Shown here: positions 52,440 through 64,000 of the stretch, in pieces
Position numbering within the stretch: position 1 is the first letter of the stretch
How the letters are laid out: each line of letters begins with the position of its first letter
Assembly (NCBI RefSeq): GCF_009834535.1
Contig: NC_045697.1
Span: forward strand, 22,136,001-22,200,000
Direction: 5' to 3'
DNA length: 64,000 bases
Source: Camelus ferus
Taxonomy: Eukaryota
Made by a program: the position numbers and the translations under genes
Notes under the pieces: model-generated
The model's input: the letters and a program-made list of their open reading frames with translations, nothing else
The model's database searches: none
Told to the model about the DNA's origin: nothing

Positions 52440-53100
52440 TTCATTCTTCCAAATATTTCTTGAATACTTGCTGGATGAGAAGTCAGTAGTATTACTAAGA
52501 GATGTGAAGAAATGATAGACTACTTTGCTGACCTCTGAAAAGATGACATGATTGAGAAAATAAGATACCCAGAAACAAACTCCCTAAAATACACAGCAGT
52601 GTGAAGTTGAGCCCTGATTAAACTCATACTAAGTTTGCTATTAGAGAAAGGTACTCAAAAAAAAAAAAAAAAAAAAAGAGTGAGGATGCAGATGAGTAGG
52701 GATTGGGCAATGCTATGGCATGTTTGGAGACAAGAGAGGAGATTGGTTTGGAGAGAATATTATTTGGGAAGATGCATTTGGATAGACGAGTTAGAATTAA
52801 ATCATAGACTACCTGATGGCCAGATCAAGCGTTTAACTTTGAGTGTGGTGAGGAATTGCCTACAGTCCTTGAATAGAAAACTACCTTATTGGAATTTTGG
52901 GCAGATCATTTTAGTGACCTTCCAAAAGAAAAAAGTAATAACTGAGACCTTCCTAAGGATGGAGACTAAAGCCAAGAAGCATTTATACTGTTGAATGCAC
53001 TAAATGTTGGTGGTAATGGTAGCAGAGTAGTGGGGGAAAGGAGGTGAATATGGGACTAAAACTGCACTGGACGAGAATGCCAGGGTGACTGTGGTACTAG
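52440..53100 (-). mobile_element. LINE-2 relic
   Basis: ttcattcttccaaatatttcttgaatacttgctggatg start (reverse-complement L2 tail) followed by a purine-rich L2-like body. Confidence 0.55.
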
Positions 53101-53267
53101 AGGTCAAATCTTTTTTTTTTTTTTTTCTTTTTTTAGTTTAGTTCAGATTCCACTGTATCCCAATTTGTATTTCAGGGTGGAAAAATATTAATTTCTATTA
53201 TAATAGCTCTCAATTTTGCCTTAAAAAAATCACCCAAATGGATTGAGTTTACTTTAATGGCTTGAGT

Positions 53268-53348
<81 letters not shown>
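53268..53348. repeat. Compound (TA)14(GA)~26 microsatellite
   Basis: Direct inspection. Confidence 0.97.
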
Positions 53349-53353
<5 letters not shown>

Positions 53354-53624
53354 AATTTTCTGGAAAATGTTGCTTGTTGAATTCATATGAATTTACTTTG
53401 TAAATTTAGAAAAAGCAAATCTTGTTCAATTGCTAGCAAAATAGCAAAGACAAGAAGGGATATTTGCAGGGGTGGGAGGGGTAGGCTTGAGGCAGGTACT
53501 TCTGCGTTTAGTCCAAGACTCCCCTAGAACTGTGTTGAAATAAAAATACTCCTAGATGCTTTCCTATTTCTCAAGCCAAGTCCAAAGTTCAAGTTATCAG
53601 TAGATGGAATCTGATCATTGCATG

Positions 53625-53625
53625 T

Positions 53626-53705
<80 letters not shown>

Positions 53706-53750
53706 TTTTTTCTTTCTTTCTTTCTTTTTCTTTCTTTCTCTCTCTCTTTT
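53625..53750. repeat. (TTTC)n tetranucleotide microsatellite / polypyrimidine tract
   Basis: About 20 near-perfect TTTC units followed by an interrupted tail. Confidence 0.97.
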
Positions 53751-54564
53751 AAATGTGAGTTTCTCTCTTTGCTTATTAGCTTTGGGTGACTTGGGGAGGA
53801 AAGCAATACAGAAATTCTTCACAAAGATTTAATTTCCTACTAAGTATGAAAGTTTTCTTCTTAAATTCAAGCATGCTTCATTTCATAACCAAAAGTCAGA
53901 TACTTAATGAACTAAATTGGCTAATAGAGACTTTCACTGTGTAAGCCTCCCATTTTTCTTGATAATGATAAGAAATAGTGGAAGCTGTCATGGGGCTTGA
54001 CTAACTAGAAATTACCAGTTGTGAGTTGGCTACATAAAAAGATTAATCTTTCCCTCAAGCTAATTTCTGATAATTAACCAAAATATCCAAGAGTGCCAAG
54101 ACAAATTAAGCATGTAAGGTAGTATTTTATAACCTCCTTTGGAAAGGATAGCCCGGCTCAGTGGTGTCTACAGTCTCGCCATATTTAGTGTAAGCAACCA
54201 TTTAAAAAATGCTGAGAGTATCACTCTTTTTGCATTATATTGTATGAGTGCTATTTTGAAGGAGATGGGCGGGGGAAGGAATTAGTAACGATTACAGAAG
54301 AAAAAGCTTCTTTATTTAGTTGGCTTGTATTTCTCTCAGTCATTTTCACTCTTCTTAACCTTATGTTAAGCACATAGGTTATATTCCTCTAGAAAGAACC
54401 ATCAGGGCAAGGAGGCAGCTGCACTGCACTTTTCTGGCCATTGACTGTCTGATTTTGGAGCTGTCAGCCAGCCTGCCTGACGGTGGAGAGAGTCCAGGGA
54501 GCAGGTGACCCACAGAGAAGTAGACACAAAGCAGTACTTTACAAACCCATTCCGTTTCCCTTTC

Positions 54565-54566
<2 letters not shown>

Positions 54567-54615
<49 letters not shown>

Positions 54616-54616
54616 T
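54567..54616. repeat. (TG)~21 microsatellite
   Basis: Direct inspection. Confidence 0.97.
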
Positions 54617-57299
54617 TTGTATTTGCCTACCAGGAACCAGGGAAGGTTTAAGTTTCATTGAGCACTGATTGTCTCAAAACACTCAAAGATTGGTTTATAG
54701 AACAGCCATGAAAAAGATTTCCCGAGAAAACATATCACTCTAGAATGTTCTAAAAGCATGTAATATCGTATCTCCAAAATCAACAAAATTCTTTTTTCTC
54801 CATCATTATTAATATAATATAGGGCTTTCCTTCACACAGGGAAAACCATTATTTTACAAGAGCAGTTTTACTTATGCAAGAAACTCTGACATTCTTAGTG
54901 ATTTTTAATATCCTAGGAAGACTATTAAATGTTCAAATGACAGACGTTCCCTAGAGATGCTATCACCTATGGCAGTTTGTTTAAAGTTTTTTTTTTTAAA
55001 GTACTTCTATTTTATAAAGCAAGAGGATGTTAGCTTTCCCAATTTTACTTGTTATACTATTTGTTTATTCATTTTTTCATTTGCCTGTTCATTTTTAGCT
55101 CCTGAACACTTTTCATACTCTGAAAGCAGCTTAGAATTGATTAATTGTTCATGTTACACTAGTGAAAAATGCCCTTTGACCTGGTTACAATTATTTTAAA
55201 ATTTACTTGTGCTTATTGTCTGTGAAGGTAAAAGCTGGCCCCCTCCCACAAACCTTTGAGAGTATTTGAACCAGACTGGAACTTCAGTGTTCCCCGGGCA
55301 ATCAGTCCTTGGGTATCCAGTCACAGACCTCCTACAGCATTTCCATTATGTTTTTCAATCTCTTTCAGCCCCAGTAAATCCCTGCCTCCTCAGGTGAGCA
55401 TTTGTCTTACTTTGAAAGAATGTACAACCCTCGTAATGTGGTTATTTATAAATGCCCATCACTTCATAATTATGATTTCCCCAGTTAACAAATGCCAGTC
55501 ACATTATCAGTGGGTTTTCATATCTACAGTTTCCAAAAACAAGTCTCTCAAATTGCAGACTGATTTGTAGTCCCTCCAGGAGCTATTACATTTACTTTCA
55601 ATATAAAGTGCTTAAAGCCAGTAAGTACAACTCGATGGGAAAATGTTTGGTTACCATTGACAAGGTTTTATTGCCCATGTCTAACCTTATTCTTGCCAGG
55701 AATTAGAATGAAAGTCATTGTCAAATAACAGTAAGCAATTACATGTCTTAATTTTCAAGGTCAATAAGTGAGAATTATTTTATTTCATTAAAAATAATTA
55801 GTAACTCATCTGGAAACTGTGTAAGTATTAAACTAAGTGTATACCAAGTTTAGTTTTATAAGTAATAGCAAGTTATTTAAATCCATGTGGTGTTTATTTG
55901 TAAATAGTTGTCCCCACTGAAAATGTATGGTTATTTTGCTTATGTGGAAAACTTTTAAAGACTTCAATCCACATTAAGCACACAATACTGATAAATAAAC
56001 AAGCATTGGCAGCACCCTTCTTAAAAGTCTTCTGTGCACAACAAATGTGAAAAAAATGGTGACATTTAGGTCAGTGTTCTTACTTGCAAGAGTTAGATCT
56101 AGCATCTAGGTAGGTAGCACTAGGGTCTTGTCTTCCATGTCATCCTCGTATTTGTCCCAAATCTTCTCAGCCTTCTCCTTATTTTCTTCTGTCCCCCAGT
56201 GTCACTTCCCAGATAGCTGGATCCATTGCTGTCTGTGGAGTGCTCAGTTAGGTATTTCGAAGTAAAGGCAAGACCTGCCTCTTCCATCAATGGGAGACTT
56301 TCTTTTGGAGGCGATATATGATTTTTCATCTTCTTCTGCTTGTCTCCTTGCCTCCCACCTCTGGGGGGATATGACTGGTATTGAAGCAAAGTTTGGAATG
56401 TGGTGCTGTGTTAAGAAGTATCACCAAGTGCAAATCTTTAAGCACTATTTTGTTCTCAGAAATGATCTACCTGAATTCCACCTCAGGATTCACTCTCTCT
56501 GCCTTCTCCTCGGTACACTGAGAGGCTTGGAAGGTTCATGTAGGCCTGTGGTTCTTTATGATGCAGCCGAAATTCCAGGCTTCTCCCCTCCCCAGCTCTC
56601 TCTTTACCTCTGACAGATCATCTGATCAGGTGTTTAAATGAACAATTGTCTTTTCCCTCTCAAACATCCATGTTGGCCATTTTGAAATGAAAATCATTTA
56701 GTACTTGAGTAACATGATGGACACGGTTGCACATATGCTGATGCGTGTATACTGATGTAGAGACGCATGTGCCCTTTCTTCGTATAAATCTAAAACTTTC
56801 CAGTGGATCATTTTTTTCCTTGAATACTCTGAATTTTCCTTGCTGCTTAGCCATATTTCATAAGCATCATTGAAAAGGTTATTACATTGTTGCAGTGAAC
56901 TAAATATTATACATATATGTGGCTCAATCTGAATTTATAGGGTCCTGAATCCGTTATCCTGCAATTCTGTAAGAAACTGTCTTATAAATTAATCAGGACC
57001 TGTCAATATCTAGAACTGGTTTTCAATCATGTCTCTGTCTCCAGCGTGTGACGTAACCCTGGGTACCAGACTTTCTCCTACTGAGCCTTAAGTTCCTCAT
57101 CTGTAAAATAAAATGACTACTTGTCACTAATTATTTTTCAACTACTTTTTCCATGCTGATATTCCATGGGGAGAATTATTTCAACCCTCATACAGGATAA
57201 TCTTAGCATTGTGTTTGACAGTCCATACTGCCCTGCGATCAGAAGAATGTAAACATGTCATGTTTTCCTAACAGTATTTTGGTATTGAGAAGTGCTGTG

Positions 57300-57500
57300 A
57301 TTTAATGGGATGGTATCATTTTGTTCAAACCTACCTGTGTTCAAATCTTTTTTTAGCAATATGATCTCAGACAAAATTTTAAACTTTTTGAACTTTGATT
57401 TTGTCATTTGCAAAAAAAAATGGAATAATAATATTTTCAAAGCTGTGAGGATTAAAAGTACCTATCACATTATCTGGTAATTTCTGACATTCAATAAATG
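57300..57500 (+). mobile_element. MIR SINE relic
   Basis: acctacctgtgttcaaatc...tagcaatatgatctcagacaa...gtcatttgcaaaaaaaaatggaataataata...gctgtgaggattaaa...cattcaataaatg. Confidence 0.7.
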
Positions 57501-60500
57501 ATCATATACTTCTTTTGTATATGATATATTTATGCTAAAGCTTTCTGGTAACAAAATACACTTTTTCCTAGTATCAGATTAATAATTCAAGGTCATAATA
57601 GTCAAGAGCGTTATTAAAACTAAGATGTTACAACTAATTTAATTTTTTTTTTTCTGTGAAGAGTGTATTTAGCTACTAGCACAAGCATGGGGTTTCCTTT
57701 GATGCTTAACAGAAGTTAGTCTAAGGAAGAAGATACTGACAGACAAAATATGCCAAACATGAACATTAAGAATTACTCCTAACTTCAGTATTCACATTTT
57801 GTTTTCTCTAATGGATTCTGAAGAGAAGAAAACACAAGGCTTGTAAAGGAAAAAAAAAAAAAAAAAGAAGTATCATGCCAGGAAACAAATGATTCATTCA
57901 TTATTGAGCAAGGGGAAAACCCACTTTTAGTAATTGTAAATAACTCATTTTTTTTTAATTCCTAAAAGTGGTTTCAAATTGTTCAATGATTCCTAAATTC
58001 TTTAAAAAAATTGAATCAATTTTGGTTAATTTTGTGTCAAAATACAAATTTTTATCAGAATATTTTTTCCCTGTGATTCTGTTTATTTATAATCGTGAAA
58101 AATTAAAATAAAAATAATGCTCCAATGGTTGGGCTATACTAACTGCCCCCCATACCTCATCTTCCTATTTGTAGATTACTGTTAATATCATTGTCAACTA
58201 CCAAAATCAATCATTTATCTGTGAAGCATTTTAAAACCACTAGAAATTGTTGTATCATTTGAAGTCTTTATTAAGTTTATTGACAGTAGATTATTGTTGA
58301 GAAACACATTTCATTTTTGGATGCCTAGATTTATGACAGATTTAGTTACAAGGGAAATGAATTTGATGGATAACACAGGAGGCTTTGAGCTGCATGGAAA
58401 AATATCACAATTTTTCATAATATTACTGTCTCGCATTGAACTATCTGCTTTCTTGCTGCCCAAGGTTGAAGCAAATATTTTATTAGAAATCAAATCAATT
58501 TGAGACAATAAAAAGCCTATATTCTATCAGTGGGTAAAGTACAAGCTCCTCAAAGATCCTCTTGGAAATTAATAGAATATATCAGTTCATGTATTACAAT
58601 ACTGCATCCAAGAGTAATAAAGGATTCCGTTTTCACCCTTCTCCTTAACCTTGCTCCTTTATGTGAAGTCTTCGATGCCAGCGTCGATCTGATATAAAAA
58701 TGCTTTGTGCTCTATGTCACTGAGGTTTTCTCTTTTTAATGTTGCCCTTATTCAATTTTAGCCCAGTCTAGAGAGAGTCAGAATTCATATATGTTACACT
58801 TCAGAGTTCCATTCACCAGCCAGGCTCTGTTCTATTTCTGTTGCCAGTACATGGGCTCTATTAGAAGGGCATCGCAGGGGCAGAGGAGCAGAGTGGATTA
58901 TGGAGAGGGAGAAGGGGGACCCTGGGTGCCTCATTCTCTAGTTCTTTTTTCCTTTTTATGTGAATCTCTCCTTCCGAGTCTCCACAAGTCTTTCTAGCAA
59001 ACTCTCCCATCTACAACTTCTCTCCCAGTTTTTGCTCACTCCTCCCCTTCTTCCTGCTTTTTCTGGAAGATCTCCTTATGCTCTGGCTTTTTCTTTCAAG
59101 AGACACTTCACAACTTTCTCACTCATATGCGATAGAATCATGGGGCCTTTCAAGCCTGACACCCAGGTTTGACGTGGTCCTCGGAACAAAGCTATTATCT
59201 TGACCCAGACTCCTAATTTGGGAATCCATTTTCAAATGTCCTTCTTTTATTTTAAACCATACTTAGCATGAACCAAAGAGTTTCTGGTGTCCACTGGACG
59301 AAGACGAAAACCAGTCTCCCAGAATTTAAGAGGGAATGCTAATTTATTTTAAAGTCAATGCATCAGTTACCATCTAACTTTCAAATCAGCTATGCTATTT
59401 ATTTAACAGTGAGCTAATTTAACTTATGGGATGTCAAAAAAGCCATTATTTTCACTGATTATCATTCAAAATCTTCACTGAATTTATATTTTCCAAAATA
59501 AAAGGAAAGCAAACTTACCAGGATTGGGCCTTGAAAAAATATATATATATAATCAGAAATATTTCATACTCAGAAAAATGGTATCATTATACATGTGCAT
59601 GATCCTTGATAGTTCTGGTTTTCATCAGATTTTATTGCAAGCAGTGGAGGAAAGATTTCTTAACCCCTAAAATGTTAACAAATTTTTTTTCTAAATGTAT
59701 GTGGCCTGGTACAAATCAAGTGGCCATCATCAGTATGCATTTCTTGTAGAATGGAAACATAAGTGACATTTTGAAATATTTTAATTGCATGTTCAGAAGT
59801 GCTAGTGGATATGCCAAAGTGAGAATAAGATCCTGAAACTAATTAATGTGGCTTCATTTATCAAGAGCGCTAGGGCTGCTGTAAATACCAATAATAGCAT
59901 TGTAACAGTCTAGTTCCGTTTGTCTGTTGATACTCTGTGCTGTCATAGTGCCCCACACCACTGAGTTGAAGAAAGTCTTTGTGCGAATTTAACAAAAAAA
60001 AAGCATTCCACATTGTTTGGTAGTAAATTCATGAGACTGCCTCTACTTCTAAGGCTTCTTACTCTAGTAAGTAATGATCTTACACTAGGATGTACAGTAC
60101 TGAGATTGATGGACTTGAAAGAAAAGCAACTGTGTTCATTGTTTACAGAGCTAGAGGACTAAAGGAATCAGTAAAACACATTCTACATTCAAATACATTA
60201 ATTATCAAAAATATGTAAAAATCCAAAAATATAATCGCACAACCGTCCTATGAATTAGGTAAAGGTGAACTGAAGGGAGAGATCAATACTCACAGGTTAG
60301 TTTTAATATAAGTTCTTGCATCATAACCGGAGGCTACACTGAAACAGAAGAGACTTCAAAACGGCCTTCTTGGATAAAGGCCAGCCTTCATTTCTCATCT
60401 TTAAACATCTGGGACTGTTCGCCAGGGGAATGTTTGTCTACCACTACCGTTGTGAGAATGTATGGAAAGAGCATTAGTTACAAATTCTAGATTTGGTCAT

Positions 60501-61119
60501 GAATCTTCTATTCCTTGGTAATTTTTTTCCATCCAATTTTATTTCTCAGGTCTTCAGTTTTTTCACGCATCAACATAAGGGAGTTGGACTGACAAACGTT
60601 ATAGGTCTTTTCAACTAGGTCTAAAAGGCCATGGTTCTGGAATCTTCGATATTAGATAATTGGTGTCCCAGAGAAAGAATACAGTCAGAGTAAAACTTAA
60701 TAGTTAGACTTGTATCCAAGAGAAAATTGCCTGCCAGTATGGAATTCTAAAAATTATTTGTGGGTCCTTATGAGTCACATCTAAAGGCAACTACTTTCTA
60801 AGTTTCTAAGAAAGTTTTCTACTTTCTAAGGCAATGAAGAATCTCCACAGGCAATAAAGACAATCCAAGAATGTGGCAAAGATACGTTAAATCCAAACAA
60901 AATGCTCATATTAGAAAGAGAAAGAAAGCCAGCCATGACGAACATAAATATGTGTGAAGAGAAATTCCCCTCAGAGCTAAGTATTTACTGAATTTATATT
61001 TGGATCCTTCTTCAGGAAGCATTATAAATCACCACCCTCATTACCTCAACACACACTATTTTATGCTAGTTTGGTTATAGAACAGGCTTTCAATTTTAGT
61101 TCTTTTAACATGGAAAATG

Positions 61120-61345
61120 GAAAGAACACGGCAGAAGAGAATGCTTTGGATTTTAGTGGTAACTATTCAATCAACTTATAAGCTTTGTGACCTTGGGCAA
61201 TTGACCTAGCCTTTCTGATATTCAGCATTCTCATTTGGAACATTAGTAAAATCCATAACCTCCTGAACTGGATTGGGGTGAGATTAGAGACTATCTATGA
61301 AGCATGTCTCATGGTATCTGCCATAGACTGGATCTTCATCAGTTC
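61120..61345 (+). mobile_element. MIR SINE relic
   Basis: agctttgtgaccttgggcaattgacctagcctttctgatattcagcattctcatttggaac matches the MIR core. Confidence 0.72.
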
Positions 61346-63122
61346 TCAGTTGATTTTCCTTCAACTTACTCTCAATAAGCACAACTCTCAATTCTTGGAA
61401 TTTGTAAACTTGTGATTTAATCCTGGCTTTGCTGCAGAATGTGTGACCTTGAGAAAACCACTGTCCCTTTACGCTCCAGTGTTACCTGTAAAAGGAAGAT
61501 TTGAACTCTATAACCTTAAATCCTCCACTCTCCTTTCACCTAGTTTTATTTCTTCAGATTTTTGTAGTTTTAAAGGAACAACATCAACAAAACAGATGTG
61601 CTACCACTTTCTGATTCTGCAATAGACTACAATAGTTTTCTATGCAACATGTCATAATCCAAGGATATACTAACTGCTGTGACCTTCTTGAATCAAAGCC
61701 TCATCCTATGTGAGAATCATCTTGAAAAACATCCTACTTTCCACCTGGACTAGTTTAGAGTCTTGAGATGGGTATTTTTAATCTTTCTTAAAAACAGGGA
61801 AAGTTTAATCCACGAATAGAGACTTTTTTTCTTACTCGAAATTTTCCTTCTGCTAGTAATTTCTATTGAGTCGTAAACATCTAAGTTGAAGTTTCTTTTG
61901 GCCTGCAGCTGATTTCTCCTTGTGTTCTAAATGACAACCACTGATTACATTAATATTCAGATCTCTGTCCTGTCTTCCCAAAAGGTCACTTTTTGTCTTT
62001 TTAAAAAATTAAGTTCATGTATTTCTGAGAAGAAAATTATTATTTCCTATGAAGAGGGACTGTAGTTACAAGGGCCTTTCTTAAAGCATACAAACAAACA
62101 AACAAAAAAACACTATCTCCACTTTAGATAATCAAATGATTCACTGTCATATAGGTATTATATCAAATCTGCAAAGCAAAACTTGTGAGAAATGTATAGA
62201 CAATTCCCGTTTTACTTGCTCCTCTGCCAAAAAAATAATGACTATAATCTCACTATGAAGAAATGGTTGAACAATGACAAAGGTGATCTTTGTACAACTC
62301 AATTTCCCCTATCTAAAATTTAAAAGTATTCTAGTATCTTCAGAATGCAGTTGAAAATATCTTTGTCTTTGGGCACAGTATTCCACAGCACATTGTGATA
62401 TTCACACCTACGTGGAAATGACAGTTTCATAGATTGTAGTTAGAGAGAGTGACTTTTCCCTTAGTCCTTTCCTTTATGATTTTATGATGGAGAAGCTATT
62501 CAATGTTATTCTTCTGTCTGACTCCAAAATCTTCCTCTTTTCCAACTCACAGGGAAAAGCAAACAGAAGACAACAGCAACAAAACTTAATCCAAGGATAA
62601 GAAGTCTTTAATTAATAAGTGTATGTAATACTCATCCTTGTGCCAGCATACTTTACTGGAATATCATGTAATTAACTTCCAGATCCCTTGACATTTAAAC
62701 ATTAGGTGAAGGTAATAAACTATATCTACTTTGTCCCAAGTTTCCACTTGAAAATCCTTTATTTTTCTTGTTTATCTCTTCCTGGTATGCCTTTTCTGTA
62801 AGGGCACCTGACTAATACCTTAAAAGTTTCCAAGAATGGATGTTAGATTAGTTCCATGCTGCCCACTTAGTGGCTATAAAATATGGTGGATACTATTTAT
62901 AGTATCTCTGGGAAATTTTGTCACTTTTCTTTCTCCAATTATGTAGTTTAAAATCATGAGAATGGCTCATAAAATAGCATTTTCTTTCTTTTCCAGATAC
63001 ACATATAAGATTAAAGGGTAAAATAGTCTGAATATACTTAATTCTTTTATAGTTTAGAAATATCTTGAAGCAAGATAGTACCATAGGAACATGTTTTAGT
63101 TTAAATGTTAGTTGGAATACAA

Positions 63123-63125
63123 AAA

Positions 63126-63188
<63 letters not shown>

Positions 63189-63190
63189 AA
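63123..63190. repeat. (AAAT)~16 microsatellite
   Basis: Direct inspection. Confidence 0.97.
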
Positions 63191-64000
63191 AAAATATCAG
63201 TACATAGTTGTATACTCATGACCTAGGGAATAGTTCTCATAACAGGCAGTTCAGAAGTGTGTACCAAGAGAGAAAGGAACATAATGTGCCCAGGTACATG
63301 AGGGGATATTTAATGTCTAGGGAGGGCATTATATTGCAAATGGTGGTCATTCACTAGGTCACTGTCAGGGTGAGGCTGAGCTAAAGCAGAAATGTAAATT
63401 ACTATAAAGGCCAAATTTGCAGAGTTGAAAACAGCTTCTATCCCCTGGGAAGCACACGGACATGGTGGTTACATGAAACTATCCATTTATAAAAATTGTG
63501 TGTTTCTCCCAGTTTGGCCATATGAATAACCACATAAGAAAAGAATATTAAAACATTAATCATTGTGATAAGCAGAGGGAACGCACAAAAATAGCATGTG
63601 ATAAAAGGAGGAATGCATTTTTTTTTTTTGGAAATCACATTGTTTTGGCATGATTATGCCTACAAGTGTATCAAAGCCGCTACATTTCCCTCCATGGTAA
63701 CATACTGATAATTAGATTCAATATATTATAATATGTTAGAGTGAGAGAGAGAGAGATGATCGGTAGAATTACCACCTACATACGCTGAGTTACAAACAGT
63801 TGTAAACACGATAGTCTGAAGGAAAGTTAAACAGAATTCTCAGAATATGAGAAACCCAACATTTTCCATATGCACTGTCATATTCCATTCTTTTTCTAAT
63901 ATTCATATTTCATTAACATTTAGTACACAGGCCTTGGGATTTTTTAAAGAGAAAAATAAATATATTCAATTTTGGTATTTGTGAACTATTTATCATTTAA

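Larger units (their letters stand above)
1..64000 (+). other. PCDH7: Interior of PCDH7 gene (mostly intron; the large ectodomain exon and the terminal CM2-encoding exon lie outside the window)
   Basis: Contains a recognisable PCDH7 cytoplasmic exon flanked by splice sites. No cadherin-repeat ORF and no DSRPLPDVALTGKCTREC-type terminal exon were seen. Composition is AT-rich and CpG-poor, typical of mammalian intron. Confidence 0.88.

Noticed and set aside
52635..52994. 119-aa ORF with poly-K
   Set aside because: Lies within an L2 relic and spans a poly-A run; TTG start.
53589..53822. K/E/R-rich and F/L/S-rich ORFs
   Set aside because: Translations of the (TTTC)n microsatellite.
62893..63219. 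108-aa ORF with IYLF repeats
   Set aside because: Translation of the (AAAT)n microsatellite.
1..64000. CRISPR arrays, operons, tRNA/rRNA genes or a prokaryote-type novel system
   Set aside because: No regularly spaced repeats, no dense coding and no recognisable structural RNA genes; the window is mammalian intron.

Overview
AT-rich, CpG-depleted mammalian genomic DNA lying inside the very large 3' introns of PCDH7 (protocadherin-7, a delta-1 protocadherin) on the + strand. One clear coding exon (4097-4313; PFRRVTF...DSGLEESE...PDGSVGEAEHMEN) carries the PP1-binding RRVTF motif and has two in-frame alternative donors 24 nt apart. About 26 kb downstream, a 96-nt cassette exon missed by the ORF track (30562-30657) joins in phase and encodes a short alternative C-terminus, (G)VAAITTFPLLPFPHGKTHGRRVLLRPLH*, with the stop only 7 nt before a GT donor. 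The rest is intron with ancient MIR, L2, CR1/L3, MER5-like and L1MC relics, four cetartiodactyl-type L1 3' fragments (camelid-like by my recollection) and microsatellites. Almost all listed ORFs are spurious. I see no evidence of a novel prokaryote-type system; the most interesting biology is the combinatorial splicing of the PCDH7 cytoplasmic tail. Repeat boundaries are by eye and approximate.
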